Of a stretch of DNA of 64,000 nucleotides, positions 21,371 through 32,026 are shown one piece after another (within the stretch, counting starts at the first letter, position 1; each line of letters starts with the position of its first letter). A program made the position numbers and the translations under genes. The notes beneath the pieces are model-generated. The model did no database searches, was not told where the DNA came from, and saw only the letters and a program-made list of their open reading frames with translations. Source of the stretch: an uncultured Thermoplasmata archaeon (GTDB taxonomy: Archaea > Thermoplasmatota > Thermoplasmata > Halarchaeoplasmatales > Halarchaeoplasmataceae); the NCBI GenBank assembly GCA_964516805.1, contig CAZEXI010000003.1, positions 3,021 through 67,020 on the forward strand, in the 5' to 3' direction.

Positions 21371-22705
21371 ATGGCATTAGAAAAACTAAAGGACGGTTTA
21401 AGAACAGCAGTCAAAAAAGTTACAAACGCTAGTCACATCGATAAAAATCTTGTAAACGATGTGGTTAAAGATATTCAAAGGGCCATGATAGAAGCTGATA
21501 TGAATGTAGAACTCGCCCTTGATTTGACAGAAAAATTAAAAGAAAGAGCTTTGACAGAAAAACCACCTGCAGGTATGAGTTCACGCGAACACGTTATCAG
21601 AATTATTCATGAAGAATTTGTTAATATTCTTGGTAAGGGTGTAGAATTAGAATTAAAACCTCAAACAATAATGATGGTTGGTTTATATGGGATGGGTAAG
21701 ACTACAACATGTGGTAAATTAGCAGCTTACTTTCAAAAAAGAGGATTGAATACAGCTTTGATAGCTGGAGATACACATAGACCTGCAGCTTACGACCAGT
21801 TAGAGCAGGTAGCTGACGAGGCAGGCGTTCCTGTTTATGGATCGCCAGATGCAGAAAAGGCCCCTAAAGTTGTTAGAGAAGGCCTTAAAAAATTCGAAGA
21901 CTATGATATCGTCATTATAGACACAGCTGGTAGACATTCTTTGGAAGATGATCTTATCACCGAAATCAAACGTATTGAAAAAATAGCTGATCCAGATGAG
22001 GTGATCCTGACAATTGATGCATCTATAGGACAGCAAGCTGGCCCTCAGGCAAGAGCCTTCCATGATGCTGTTGGTGTTACAAAGACAATAATAACAAAGA
22101 TGGACGGAAGTGCTAAAGGAGGAGGTGCTCTTAGTGCTGTATCAGAAACTGGTGCTCCAGTAGCATTTATTGGTAATGGAGAACGTATCAAAGATTTAGA
22201 AAAATTTGATCCTAAAGGTTTTACTTCAAGATTACTTGGAATGGGTGACATAAAAAGTCTTTTAGAAAAGGCAGAACAGGTAATAGATGAAGACCAAGCT
22301 GAAGAAACTGCTAAAAAGATGCTGTCTGGTGATTTCAATCTAAAAGACATGTATGAACAGATGGAAATGCTTTCAGGTGTTGGTCCACTTCAAAAAATCA
22401 TGGATATGCTTCCAGTAGGTCCAAAAAATGTCTCCAAAGATGAGATCTTATCTACTCAAGATAAACTCGATAATTTCAAGATAATAATGGACAGTATGAC
22501 TGAGAATGAAATGGAAAATCCAAGCTTGATAAAAGGAGATAGGATAAAGAGGATCGCTAGAGGCAGTGGTAAACATCCCAAAGAAGTTAGAGAATTACTT
22601 TCACATTATAAAAAGACAAAAAGAGGGATAAAAGGATTCACTGGTAATCGAAAGATGCGAAAGCAACTGATGAAACAGTTAGAATCCGGTAATGTTAATT
22701 TCTAA
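21371..22705 (+). CDS. srp54: Signal recognition particle protein SRP54
   Basis: GLYGMGKTTTCGKLA, DTAGRH, TKMDGSAKGG, and a Met-rich M domain. Confidence 0.92.
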   Translation: MALEKLKDGLRTAVKKVTNASHIDKNLVNDVVKDIQRAMIEADMNVELALDLTEKLKERALTEKPPAGMSSREHVIRIIHEEFVNILGKGVELELKPQTIMMVGLYGMGKTTTCGKLAAYFQKRGLNTALIAGDTHRPAAYDQLEQVADEAGVPVYGSPDAEKAPKVVREGLKKFEDYDIVIIDTAGRHSLEDDLITEIKRIEKIADPDEVILTIDASIGQQAGPQARAFHDAVGVTKTIITKMDGSAKGGGALSAVSETGAPVAFIGNGERIKDLEKFDPKGFTSRLLGMGDIKSLLEKAEQVIDEDQAEETAKKMLSGDFNLKDMYEQMEMLSGVGPLQKIMDMLPVGPKNVSKDEILSTQDKLDNFKIIMDSMTENEMENPSLIKGDRIKRIARGSGKHPKEVRELLSHYKKTKRGIKGFTGNRKMRKQLMKQLESGNVNF

Positions 22706-22723
22706 ATCCTTACTTACTCTTTT

Positions 22724-23110
22724 TTAAAAAGCAGCTATCGCGTCTATTTCAATCAAAGCTCCTAAACCAATATCTGAAACCTCAACCGCTGCCCTTGCAG
22801 GTTCTGAGTCTTTGAAGTATTCTTCATATACTTCGTTCATATCTTCAAAATCATCCAAATTTTTTAGATATATATGAACTTTCACCAGATCATCTAATGA
22901 TGCACCACTTTCTTTAGCTATCGCTTTAATATTGTTTAACGTCTGTTTAGTTGCTTTCTTAATATTTTCCTCGACTAATTCTCCACTTTCTGGATTTATC
23001 GGAAGTTGACCTGAGATAAAAACTAATTCATCAAAATCAGAAATCTTCATTGCCTGACTGTATGGACCCACAGGTTGTGGAGCTTTACTACAGTATATTT
23101 TTTCCTTCAT
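22724..23110 (-). CDS. ridA: RidA/YjgF-family reactive intermediate deaminase
   Basis: KAPQPVGPYSQA...ARAAVEV. Start moved to the internal Met. Confidence 0.8.
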   Translation of the reverse strand: MKEKIYCSKAPQPVGPYSQAMKISDFDELVFISGQLPINPESGELVEENIKKATKQTLNNIKAIAKESGASLDDLVKVHIYLKNLDDFEDMNEVYEEYFKDSEPARAAVEVSDIGLGALIEIDAIAAF

Positions 23111-23214
23111 CTTATACACCTTTGAGGGTATTATACAGGTAAAGATTAAATTTTTGCATTTTGTTTTCCGTAATATATATTTAATAAATACCAATTGGTC
23201 TTCTCAGATTAATC

Positions 23215-24444
23215 ATGGTAATGATGAAGGTATTGGAAGGTAAAAAAGATCATTTTGTTGCTTCAGAAGAAATCCAAGAAGATCTAGCAATGAGCACCAG
23301 TGATATATTGATTGTTAAAAATCCTATAAATCAACGGTGTATAGCTAATCATGTTGAGTTCATTGATGATATAGAAAAAGATGTGATCAAAATAAATAAG
23401 ATCTCGCTGGAGGCTATTGGTCTAGATTCTGATTTTGACGTCGAAGTTTATCCGTTTAACGAAGATTTGACAAGCATCGAAAAAGTAAAATTTGGAGTTG
23501 AAAACTTCAAAAAATCTGAAAACGATCCGTTAACAATTGTAAAAGAAAACGAAGATATATTTATAGATTTTATTAAAAATAAAATATTCACAAAAAGTTC
23601 AAAATTCCACTGGGAAAAGAAGGGTATATTGATCTCCATAAAGAACACCTGCCCAGGTATGAACGTCTCTGATGTGGGTAAATTCAAAGAATCTTTTCGA
23701 TTTACATATGAATGGGGTGGAAGTGAATTAAAATCATTCGATGGAGTACTCCTCTTAGATATGTCTGGGAGTATGGAGATAATGGATCTGAATATGGAAG
23801 ATGTAGGCTGGGTAGTAGAAAGAATGAGTAGAAATTTAGATGGAAAATATTGTCAAAAATTTCTGAATTCGTTAAAAGGTAACAAAAAAGTTAGGCGTTC
23901 ACATGGTGCAGTCTTATGCGCATTGGTATATCTTGTACAAAAAATCGGGAGAGGTATCGGAGATAGGATATCTATGATACCATTTAGTGATGAATCTTCC
24001 GTGATCGAGTTTGATGGAAAGGATTACTTTTCATCATCAGTCGGCAATACATCTTACGGTGCAGAAAGAATAGTGGAAGAAATTTATAATACAAAAAGGA
24101 GCCATACTAACCTTTCAGATAGTTTTAAAAAAGCTATAGATGTTATGAAAAATTTCGATAGAAATAAGATGAAAATGATTGTCGTACTGACTGACGGAAA
24201 ACCAAACCCTAAAAGTATAGATTGTAAAGAAAATCTTCTGAACATGATCAAAAAAAGACTCGCTCCTAGAAAAGATATCGTGGTTAACGCCATAGGTTTA
24301 GGAAATGAAGTAGATCATAAATTACTTGATAAGATATCTGTAATGACTGGTGGTGAATATACTCATGTTAATAGTTTAGAAGGATTAACTCAAGCATATA
24401 CTCGCTATGCCACATCGATCTCAGTCAAAGGTTCAACATTTTAA
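23215..24444 (+). CDS. VAT-N/CDC48-N-like N-terminal domain fused to a von Willebrand factor A domain
   Basis: MIDAS motif LLLDMSGSM, later VVLTDGKPN. The N-terminal ~90 aa resembles the double-psi barrel pattern (ILIVKNP...VIKINKISLEAIGLDSDFDVEVYPF). Confidence 0.6.
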   Translation: MVMMKVLEGKKDHFVASEEIQEDLAMSTSDILIVKNPINQRCIANHVEFIDDIEKDVIKINKISLEAIGLDSDFDVEVYPFNEDLTSIEKVKFGVENFKKSENDPLTIVKENEDIFIDFIKNKIFTKSSKFHWEKKGILISIKNTCPGMNVSDVGKFKESFRFTYEWGGSELKSFDGVLLLDMSGSMEIMDLNMEDVGWVVERMSRNLDGKYCQKFLNSLKGNKKVRRSHGAVLCALVYLVQKIGRGIGDRISMIPFSDESSVIEFDGKDYFSSSVGNTSYGAERIVEEIYNTKRSHTNLSDSFKKAIDVMKNFDRNKMKMIVVLTDGKPNPKSIDCKENLLNMIKKRLAPRKDIVVNAIGLGNEVDHKLLDKISVMTGGEYTHVNSLEGLTQAYTRYATSISVKGSTF

Positions 24445-24445
24445 T

Positions 24446-26605
24446 TTAAATATTATTTGAAAATTCCTTTTTCAGTTCAGAAAATTTATCTTGATCTATA
24501 TCTAGTAATTCAAGAGAAGGATGATACTCAACATCTGAGATACTTTTCTTCGATATATCCAATAATTTTTCCATGGTTTCTTCGAAACTGATATCATTTA
24601 CATGTGAAAGGTATATCAATAACTGTGAATCTGATAAAGGTGGTTTGAGGTCATCATTTGTTATATCTAACAGCCTTAAAAACATCAATTTAACATACCT
24701 AGAATCTATTATATCCATCTCTATCAAAGAAGGCCACAAGGATTGAATAAATTTTCTATTTAATTCATATAAATGATTCAACTCTGATGATTCTTCCATA
24801 TCCAAGATATACTCTATATTTTTGTCCGAGTAAAACCTACCATAAAATCCATTTTTAATACTTTCATTTCGATTTCTCTTTATTTTTCTATTAGAAGTAT
24901 TTTTTAATTTCGTATCATTAAACCTACCTTCAATATAACGGACTAAGCTCTGGAGAATAACAACGTCAGTTATCCTACTTAATGAGGTCAATTGAGTATC
25001 AAAAACCCTGATCTCGATCGTGTTAAATCTTGTAAATGGATAGATGTCAACCATTCTAGACGAATCATTGATTCTTTTCAATTTATTATCAAAATAAGTT
25101 TTATTTTTGTCAAAAGGAAGGAAAGGAGGAACGCTGAATTGTTCTTTATTAATATCCAACCTATTAGAATAAGCAGACCCTAATATTACTAAATTACCTT
25201 TATCATTGAATGTAAATTCTGGGATTTTATCATCACAAAAAGGTGAATTAGAAGAGATTGCAATAAAATAAGGTATAAACAATCTTAGAGAATTATAAAC
25301 AAATGTCCTTAATTTTTCATCTGGGATATAGATATGATGATGTTCTCCAAAAGTTACCCCCTTTGTGTAATCCTCAATCGGATTTGAACCTAATGGTAAT
25401 ATTTTAATTTTTTTATTTATTTCTTCTATGACCTCATTAGCTATCCTATATAGATTAAAAGCCCACCATTCGATTTCCTCTAGATACTTGCAGGGTGGTG
25501 TCTGGATTTCAAGAATATTAGTTTTCAATGATACATGTGAATCCTTTCCAAATATTGAATAATATTGTACTTCGCCTTCAAGATAATACTGAACATGTAA
25601 TGCATAACATCCTTTGTCATCCATTTTTTTATTTATTCCCCCTCTCCATTTGTTTTTAATATATTCTGGTGCTTTTTTTCTGATTTTCTCTAATTTATCA
25701 ATTGCAATTTCTAATAGTTCATCATAAACTTCTTCAACTTTACCTCCTTCTACCAATGACCAATCTTCATTAATAAGTTGAAGTTCTATTTCTAGGCCGT
25801 GAGAATAGAACATCTCTTTTAACTCATTTTTACTAACTCCATTATTTCTCATGTCAATGTTTATATCTGACTGAAATTCTTGAATTTCATAATTTGAATT
25901 GATTTCTATTTTATGGGTTAGTTTTGTCTCTTTTTCTTGGAATATAAAATTAAATCTACTATCGACACTACTCCTGTTAACTAAATTCAAATGTGATTTT
26001 GGTATTTTTTTGTTAGATTCTAACCAATCTTTTACATATTCAATGTAGCGATTTTTTGTTTCTGTTATCAAATATATTTTAGATTCATCATCTAATTGTT
26101 CTGACAGATATATATTCTTATACTCATCGATCAAAAAATTAAATTCTCTTTTGCCTAAATTTACTGGTGTATTAACAAAATCTTTTTTTTCAAATGTACT
26201 ATTAATTTTCTCTTTTGAAACTATCCTGTAAGATACATCTGTTTCCACTTTCTTATCCTCAGATAAAGACAAAGTTATCATTAATGAATCGTCTTTGAAT
26301 TGGATATTACCCAAGAACAGACTTTCCTCATCAGAGTAATTAGAGACTATTTTAGGTAAAGACTTATCCTCAATTTTGAAATCAGTTATTTTATTGTTTG
26401 GAGATCCATTATCTTTGCTTTCAGAATTGGATATTATAGTTCTAAGTATAATATATAATACAAAAAAACCCAAAACAACAATCGATACACACAATATTCT
26501 ATCATAAGAAAGGTATGTAATTATGTAAGATTGATATGAACAGTTGTCCCAGGGTAAACTAATCATTTTGATGATTCTCCAAGTGGTAGGAGCTTTAAAA
26601 TACAA
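24446..26605 (-). CDS. Membrane-anchored protein with a C-terminal YbdK/GCS2-type carboxylate-amine ligase domain
   Basis: One N-terminal TM helix and about 210 aa of unknown sequence. Then GLEIELQLI, LEIQTPPC, FGEHHHIYIP, FIPYFIAISSNSPF and NTIEIRVFDTQLT, in the same order as the YbdK motifs. Confidence 0.7.
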   Translation of the reverse strand: MYFKAPTTWRIIKMISLPWDNCSYQSYIITYLSYDRILCVSIVVLGFFVLYIILRTIISNSESKDNGSPNNKITDFKIEDKSLPKIVSNYSDEESLFLGNIQFKDDSLMITLSLSEDKKVETDVSYRIVSKEKINSTFEKKDFVNTPVNLGKREFNFLIDEYKNIYLSEQLDDESKIYLITETKNRYIEYVKDWLESNKKIPKSHLNLVNRSSVDSRFNFIFQEKETKLTHKIEINSNYEIQEFQSDINIDMRNNGVSKNELKEMFYSHGLEIELQLINEDWSLVEGGKVEEVYDELLEIAIDKLEKIRKKAPEYIKNKWRGGINKKMDDKGCYALHVQYYLEGEVQYYSIFGKDSHVSLKTNILEIQTPPCKYLEEIEWWAFNLYRIANEVIEEINKKIKILPLGSNPIEDYTKGVTFGEHHHIYIPDEKLRTFVYNSLRLFIPYFIAISSNSPFCDDKIPEFTFNDKGNLVILGSAYSNRLDINKEQFSVPPFLPFDKNKTYFDNKLKRINDSSRMVDIYPFTRFNTIEIRVFDTQLTSLSRITDVVILQSLVRYIEGRFNDTKLKNTSNRKIKRNRNESIKNGFYGRFYSDKNIEYILDMEESSELNHLYELNRKFIQSLWPSLIEMDIIDSRYVKLMFLRLLDITNDDLKPPLSDSQLLIYLSHVNDISFEETMEKLLDISKKSISDVEYHPSLELLDIDQDKFSELKKEFSNNI

Positions 26606-26691
26606 TGAAATTTAATTTTATCGGTTCTCTGTATGGTTTTCCAAAGAAGTATTAATTAATTGTAAATTTTATTATATTAAATAAAATTTTA

Positions 26692-27307
26692 TTAACTTAC
26701 TTTTTTAGAAGCAACTCTATTCATCGCATGTTTGTGCGGTATTCCACCCGAATCGCAATTAAATATTTCTTCAACGCTCCATTCTATCTTCCAATTACTG
26801 TAATAAGTTAACAGTTCACCAGATATCCACTCACAGGCTGTTTCTTCACTATCTGGAGCAGGTTCGATAAAAGGTTTATCTACAAAAACTGAGTGTACGT
26901 GTATTCCTCCAGGCTTAGTATGTTCTTTATAATTCTTTAAAATTTCATCTCTCAAATTACAAGAGATGTAATGAAGTGTAGCACTTGAAAATATGATATC
27001 ATAGTCTTCTTCACATCTAAATTCATTTATATCTGCTGTAAAAGCATCAAGCTCTACTCCTACTTCAGAAGCAAATTTTTTCGTTTTTTTTGACGCCCTT
27101 TTCAGATAGGTCAAAAGCAGTCACATCATAGCCGTTTCTAGCAAAAAATACAGCATTCTTTCCCTCCCCGCAGCCTAAAACAAGTAGTTTTAACTTCTGA
27201 ACAGGGGGCTTTAATTTTAGTACTTTGAAACAAGAAGATGATGGTTTTTTACCCCAGTAATAATCATCACTTGAGTATTTCTGATCGTATATAGTATCAT
27301 TTTTCAT
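26692..27307 (-). pseudogene. TehB-like SAM-dependent methyltransferase interrupted by a +1 frameshift in an A8 run
   Basis: Two overlapping ORFs (27065-27307 and 26692-27114) together give LVLGCGEGKNAVFFARNGYDVTAFDLSEKGVKK|TKKFASEVG...KPGG. The frames join at T8 (plus strand), 27084-27091. Confidence 0.75.
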
Positions 27308-27461
27308 ACTAATTAAAATGATTTACATACCATATAAAACTTATTAGCTAAAAAGATAATAATACGATTGTCTTCTATAAAGTATAAAAATACACTGATT
27401 AAAAATCAATAGAAAAAGTTAAAATTACATGAACATAATCCGGATAATCCGGAGAATCAAG

Positions 27462-29531
27462 ATGGTGGAATACGAGAAAGATGAAATCAAAGAGAAGTTC
27501 AAAAATTTCTTTGAAGATGAAGGATATCATTCAGAATTGATAAGGATAGCAGATAATTTTCCCGATGAAAGATCACTCAACATCACATATCGGGACCTCA
27601 CGATGTATTTTGAGGATCTCGATTTTCCACAATATATTATCGATCATCCTAAGAAATGTCTAGTTTTAGCTGAAGAGACGATAAGAGAAATAGTTGGTGT
27701 TCCTGATGATACTGAGATCAGGCTCAGGATAAAACAGCTCTCAGAGCCTCGTCACAAAATGATAAGACATCTCAGAGCTAGTGATCTGACAAAATATCTT
27801 GCTATCGATGGTTTAGTGAGAAAAGCTACTGAAGTAAGGCCTAGGATATCAAAAGCTGTTTTTGAGTGTATGAGATGTGGTGCAAAAACAACGATTGAAC
27901 AGGCGGGTAACAATATCGAGGAACCAGTTGAATGTGCGGGCTGTGGAAAATCTGCCAACAAAACTAATTTTAATCTACTTTTAGACGATTCAGAATTTAT
28001 CAATTATCAAACTATAGAAATACAGGAAAGTCCAGAAGGTCTTAGAGGGGGTGACCAACCGCAGAGATTGAGAGGGTGGGTGAAAGAGGATCTAGTAGAT
28101 AAAGTATCACCTGGAGATAGGATAACTGTTGATGGCATATTGGACGGAGATCCAAAAAAAGAAACTAGTAGAGGCAAATCTAGAGTTTTTGATATCTTTA
28201 TTCGAGTAAATGGTATAGAAGTTAAAGAGTATGAATTCGAAAATCTAGAACTATCAGATGAAGATATCGAAGAAATAGAAGAAGTTTCGGAGGATAAAAG
28301 GATATTCGATAAAATAATAGATTCAATAGCCCCTAGTATATATGGATTAAGAACCGAAAAAATGGGACTCAGCTTACAGTTATTTGGTGGAGTTAGAAAG
28401 ACAATGCCAGATGGGAGCACTACAAGAGGTGATATCCATATATTGATGGTGGGAGACCCAGGAACAGCTAAATCGCAACTGTTGAGATATATTTCAGATC
28501 TATCTCCAAGAGGGATGTACGCTTCAGGAAAAGGTTCAACAGGAGCTGGTTTGACAGCTGCAGCAGTAAGAGAAGAAGTCATGGGTGAAAGTCAGTGGGT
28601 TTTAGAGGCAGGCACGCTTGTTCTTTCAGACATGGGTATTGCATGTATAGACGAGTTAGATAAGATGAGATCTGAAGACAGAAGTGCGATGCACGAAGCT
28701 ATGGAACAGCAGAGTATCTCTGTTGCTAAAGCAGGTATCAATGCGACTCTAAACTCTCGATGCGCTGTTCTGGGTGCTGCTAATCCTCAATATGGTAGAT
28801 TTGAAGTACATGAAAATATTTCTCAGCAAATAGACCTTCCACCACCACTGATTTCAAGATTCGATCTTATATTTGCACTCCTGGACAAACCAGATCGAGA
28901 AAAGGACTCAAGGATTGCAAATCATATCTTGAGACTTCATACAGAAGGTGAGAGACTGGAAAGAGGTGAAGATAAAACAGAACAGCAATTCACCCCAGCA
29001 TTTGATAAGGAGTTCCTAAGAAAATATGTTGCTTACGCTAAAAAGATAAAACCAGAGATGACCAAACAAAGCAGAAAAAGGCTAGAAGATTTCTATTTAG
29101 ATCTAAGAGGCAGTGGCGGTGATGAAGACTCTATTCCCGTAACAGCAAGACAGCTGGAATCTCTTGTGAGATTAGCAGAAGCAAGTGCAAGAGCGCATTT
29201 AAAAGAAAGAGTAACTGTAGAAGATGCAGAAAGAGCTATTAAAGTAACTCAGCATTTCTTGAATCAAGTAGCATCCACTGAGTCTGGCGGACTTGATATA
29301 GATATGGTAACTTCAAGTGTTTCACATGACGAGAGGACCTTACTTGGTCATATTCGTGATATCATTAGAGATAAAAGTGATATACACGAAGGTGGAGTTC
29401 CAGAGGATGAAATATTGAACGAAGCTGATTCTAGAGGTCTTTCAAGGGAAGAAGTAAGGAAAGAGATTAATAGGATGAGAACAAAAGGACAATTATATAC
29501 TCCTACCCAGGGACATTATAAATTAGCATAA
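27462..29531 (+). CDS. mcm: Replicative helicase MCM
   Basis: Zn motif CMRCG...CAGCG, Walker A MVGDPGTAKSQLL, Walker B CIDELDKM, arginine finger SRFDLIF. No intein. Confidence 0.95.
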   Translation: MVEYEKDEIKEKFKNFFEDEGYHSELIRIADNFPDERSLNITYRDLTMYFEDLDFPQYIIDHPKKCLVLAEETIREIVGVPDDTEIRLRIKQLSEPRHKMIRHLRASDLTKYLAIDGLVRKATEVRPRISKAVFECMRCGAKTTIEQAGNNIEEPVECAGCGKSANKTNFNLLLDDSEFINYQTIEIQESPEGLRGGDQPQRLRGWVKEDLVDKVSPGDRITVDGILDGDPKKETSRGKSRVFDIFIRVNGIEVKEYEFENLELSDEDIEEIEEVSEDKRIFDKIIDSIAPSIYGLRTEKMGLSLQLFGGVRKTMPDGSTTRGDIHILMVGDPGTAKSQLLRYISDLSPRGMYASGKGSTGAGLTAAAVREEVMGESQWVLEAGTLVLSDMGIACIDELDKMRSEDRSAMHEAMEQQSISVAKAGINATLNSRCAVLGAANPQYGRFEVHENISQQIDLPPPLISRFDLIFALLDKPDREKDSRIANHILRLHTEGERLERGEDKTEQQFTPAFDKEFLRKYVAYAKKIKPEMTKQSRKRLEDFYLDLRGSGGDEDSIPVTARQLESLVRLAEASARAHLKERVTVEDAERAIKVTQHFLNQVASTESGGLDIDMVTSSVSHDERTLLGHIRDIIRDKSDIHEGGVPEDEILNEADSRGLSREEVRKEINRMRTKGQLYTPTQGHYKLA

Positions 29532-29546
29532 AAAAGAGGTAAAACA

Positions 29547-29843
29547 ATGGATATAAGCTATCAGATATATGAAAGAGGCAATGACGTACTTTTAGCAGCA
29601 TGTGATAAGGACCTACTAGGTAAAAAATTTGAAGAAGAAGATATTCAACTGGATGTATCAAAAACATTCTATGGTGGAGATGAAACTGAGAAAGATGAAA
29701 TATGTGATAAAATAAAAAAATCAAATATCGTAAATCTTGTAGGGAAGAATATCATCGATGCCGTTGTTGAGGCAGGTTTCGGAAGTGAAGATGACATATT
29801 ATGGGTTGATGGAGTTCCACATCTTCAATTGATAATGATCTAG
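29547..29843 (+). CDS. DUF424-family protein
   Basis: 98 aa. LLAACDKDLLGKKF...L.VS..FYGG resembles archaeal DUF424/COG2412. Confidence 0.55.
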   Translation: MDISYQIYERGNDVLLAACDKDLLGKKFEEEDIQLDVSKTFYGGDETEKDEICDKIKKSNIVNLVGKNIIDAVVEAGFGSEDDILWVDGVPHLQLIMI

Positions 29844-29858
29844 AAATAAGAGGATAAT

Positions 29859-30899
29859 ATGATCTGTGTAGAATGCGGGAGGGAAGTTGAAGAATTATAC
29901 GATGGCTTGTGTGATGAATGTTTTAAAGAAAAAAGGGTGAGTGCTGAAATAAATGATAATCTTTCTATAGAGATATGTGGTTCTTGTGGCAGTGTAAAAA
30001 AAGGAAACAAGTGGATAAATCGACCTGACCTGAATACGATAATGCTCGAAAAAATAGAAGATTCAGTATCAGTTTCAAATTCGGTGGATGGTTATTCATT
30101 TGAAGTAGATTTCATAGAAGAGGATTTAAGAAACATCGAAGCAACGATATACGCTAAATTATTTTCAGGTGATATCGAAAAAAATGTAGAATTCAATACC
30201 ACTATATCTCTTAAAAAAGGACAGTGTAAAAGCTGCAGTAGAAAGCACGGAAATTATTACGAAGCGATACTTCAAATTAGACCTACTGCTGATGAAATGA
30301 CAGATAAACAGAAAGAATATGTAACTAAAAAAGTACACGATCGCGTCTCACTTACTAGCGAGAATGAGAAAAAAGTTTTCATAACTTCAGAGTTAGAAAA
30401 ACATGGTGGGCTCGACTTTTATATGAGTGACAGAAAAACTACCAAAAGATTGTCAAAAGAGATAGCTGACAAATATGGTGGGAAGACAACCACATCTGCA
30501 GAACTAGCTGGAATGGAAGATGGACAGGAGATCTACCGGATGACTTATTCAGTTAGACTTCCAGAATACCAAAAAAATGATTTTGTTGAATATAAAGATA
30601 AAATATACAGAATCAAAAAGATAAATCCTAAAGCTGGATACATAGTCTTATTTGATCTGGAAACCGGAGAACTAAAGAATATTGACGACTGGGATGCAGA
30701 GAAACTTTCTGTATTAGGTGGTGATGAACTACTTAAAAATGCAGTTATAGTTTCTGAAACTGAGAAAGAACTGAAAGTTCTTGATCCAGAATCTTACAAT
30801 ACAGTAACTGTTCTGAAACCTGAAAACACTTCGACGAAGGATGGGGAGATAAAGATAATAAAAGTAAACGGTAAAATCTATCCCATTGCAGATAACTAA
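29859..30899 (+). CDS. nmd3: NMD3-family ribosome biogenesis/export factor homolog
   Basis: N-terminal cysteine clusters CVECG...CDEC, CGSCG, CKSCSR, followed by YEAILQIR. Confidence 0.8.
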   Translation: MICVECGREVEELYDGLCDECFKEKRVSAEINDNLSIEICGSCGSVKKGNKWINRPDLNTIMLEKIEDSVSVSNSVDGYSFEVDFIEEDLRNIEATIYAKLFSGDIEKNVEFNTTISLKKGQCKSCSRKHGNYYEAILQIRPTADEMTDKQKEYVTKKVHDRVSLTSENEKKVFITSELEKHGGLDFYMSDRKTTKRLSKEIADKYGGKTTTSAELAGMEDGQEIYRMTYSVRLPEYQKNDFVEYKDKIYRIKKINPKAGYIVLFDLETGELKNIDDWDAEKLSVLGGDELLKNAVIVSETEKELKVLDPESYNTVTVLKPENTSTKDGEIKIIKVNGKIYPIADN

Positions 30900-30943
30900 T
30901 ATCGATAAGATTTATACCTGAGCATAATCTTACCTATTTCAAT

Positions 30944-31957
30944 ATGTCTGATAAAAATAGATTATTACATACAAGCTGGTTTGGTGTATTCGTATTAGAA
31001 GATGAAGAGGTAATAGACAAAACTCTTTTTGATAAAGATCCTAAAATCATAGCTGAAAAAAGATATGCTATTCAAAATGGTAATATTTTAGAAGAAGAAA
31101 AAAAATTATTAGATAAATACGAGGTTCTTAATGTTACTTCGGATCGATTAAAAGATTACGGGGAGATTAAAGAAATCGACAAAGAACTTGTTGATCCAGA
31201 AGAATATTCATTCAGCCCTGATCTTCTCCAGAAGGCACTGATAGAAGTAGGAAAAATTGAGGTAAAAGAATCGATCGACATTGGAGAACATCTCGCTAAG
31301 GCTGTGGAAACGATACAGGACCTTAATGAAACAATAAATATTCTAATGGAAAGAATGAGAGATTGGTATTCCCTTCATTTTCCTGAATTAGAAGGCGAAG
31401 TAAATGATGATGAATATATAGAGCTTATCAAAAGGTACGGTTCTAAAGATGAGATAATGAAAGAGCTAAATATAAACAATTCTGTCGGTGGAGATATTAC
31501 AGAGAAGGAAGAAAATAATTACATCTCTTTAGCTAATATCATAAAGAATCAATTGGAATATCGAGCTCAGCTCCATGATTATGTAGAAGAGATGATGCGT
31601 ACTTACGCACCCAACATAACAGCTCTTACCGGTCCAAAATTAGGAGGAGAGCTTATTGAAAAGGCAGGGTCTTTGAAAAAAATTGCAATGAAACCTTCAA
31701 GTACTATACAGATATTAGGTGCAGAAAAATCATTATTTAAACATCTAGAAAAAGGAACAAAACCACCTAAACATGGGTTGATTCTACAGCATCCATATGT
31801 CCATAAAGCTCCTTATGATAAAAGAGGAAAGATAGCTAGAGCCTTTGCTAATAAAATCGCTATTGCCGCTAGATTAGACTACTTCAGCAATAAAGACAAG
31901 GGCGATGAATTAAGAAGTGAATTAGAGGAAAAGATAGAAAAGATAAAAGAAAATTGA
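30944..31957 (+). CDS. nop5: C/D box sRNP core protein Nop5 (Nop56/58)
   Basis: ILGAEKSLFKHLEKGTKPPKHGLILQHP is the Nop-domain signature. No fibrillarin gene follows. Confidence 0.9.
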   Translation: MSDKNRLLHTSWFGVFVLEDEEVIDKTLFDKDPKIIAEKRYAIQNGNILEEEKKLLDKYEVLNVTSDRLKDYGEIKEIDKELVDPEEYSFSPDLLQKALIEVGKIEVKESIDIGEHLAKAVETIQDLNETINILMERMRDWYSLHFPELEGEVNDDEYIELIKRYGSKDEIMKELNINNSVGGDITEKEENNYISLANIIKNQLEYRAQLHDYVEEMMRTYAPNITALTGPKLGGELIEKAGSLKKIAMKPSSTIQILGAEKSLFKHLEKGTKPPKHGLILQHPYVHKAPYDKRGKIARAFANKIAIAARLDYFSNKDKGDELRSELEEKIEKIKEN

Positions 31958-32026
31958 TTGAATCGGTATAAGCTCTGTATAACTCTTTTTCATTTGATTA
32001 TTTTATTATCTTAAATGTAAAACTAT

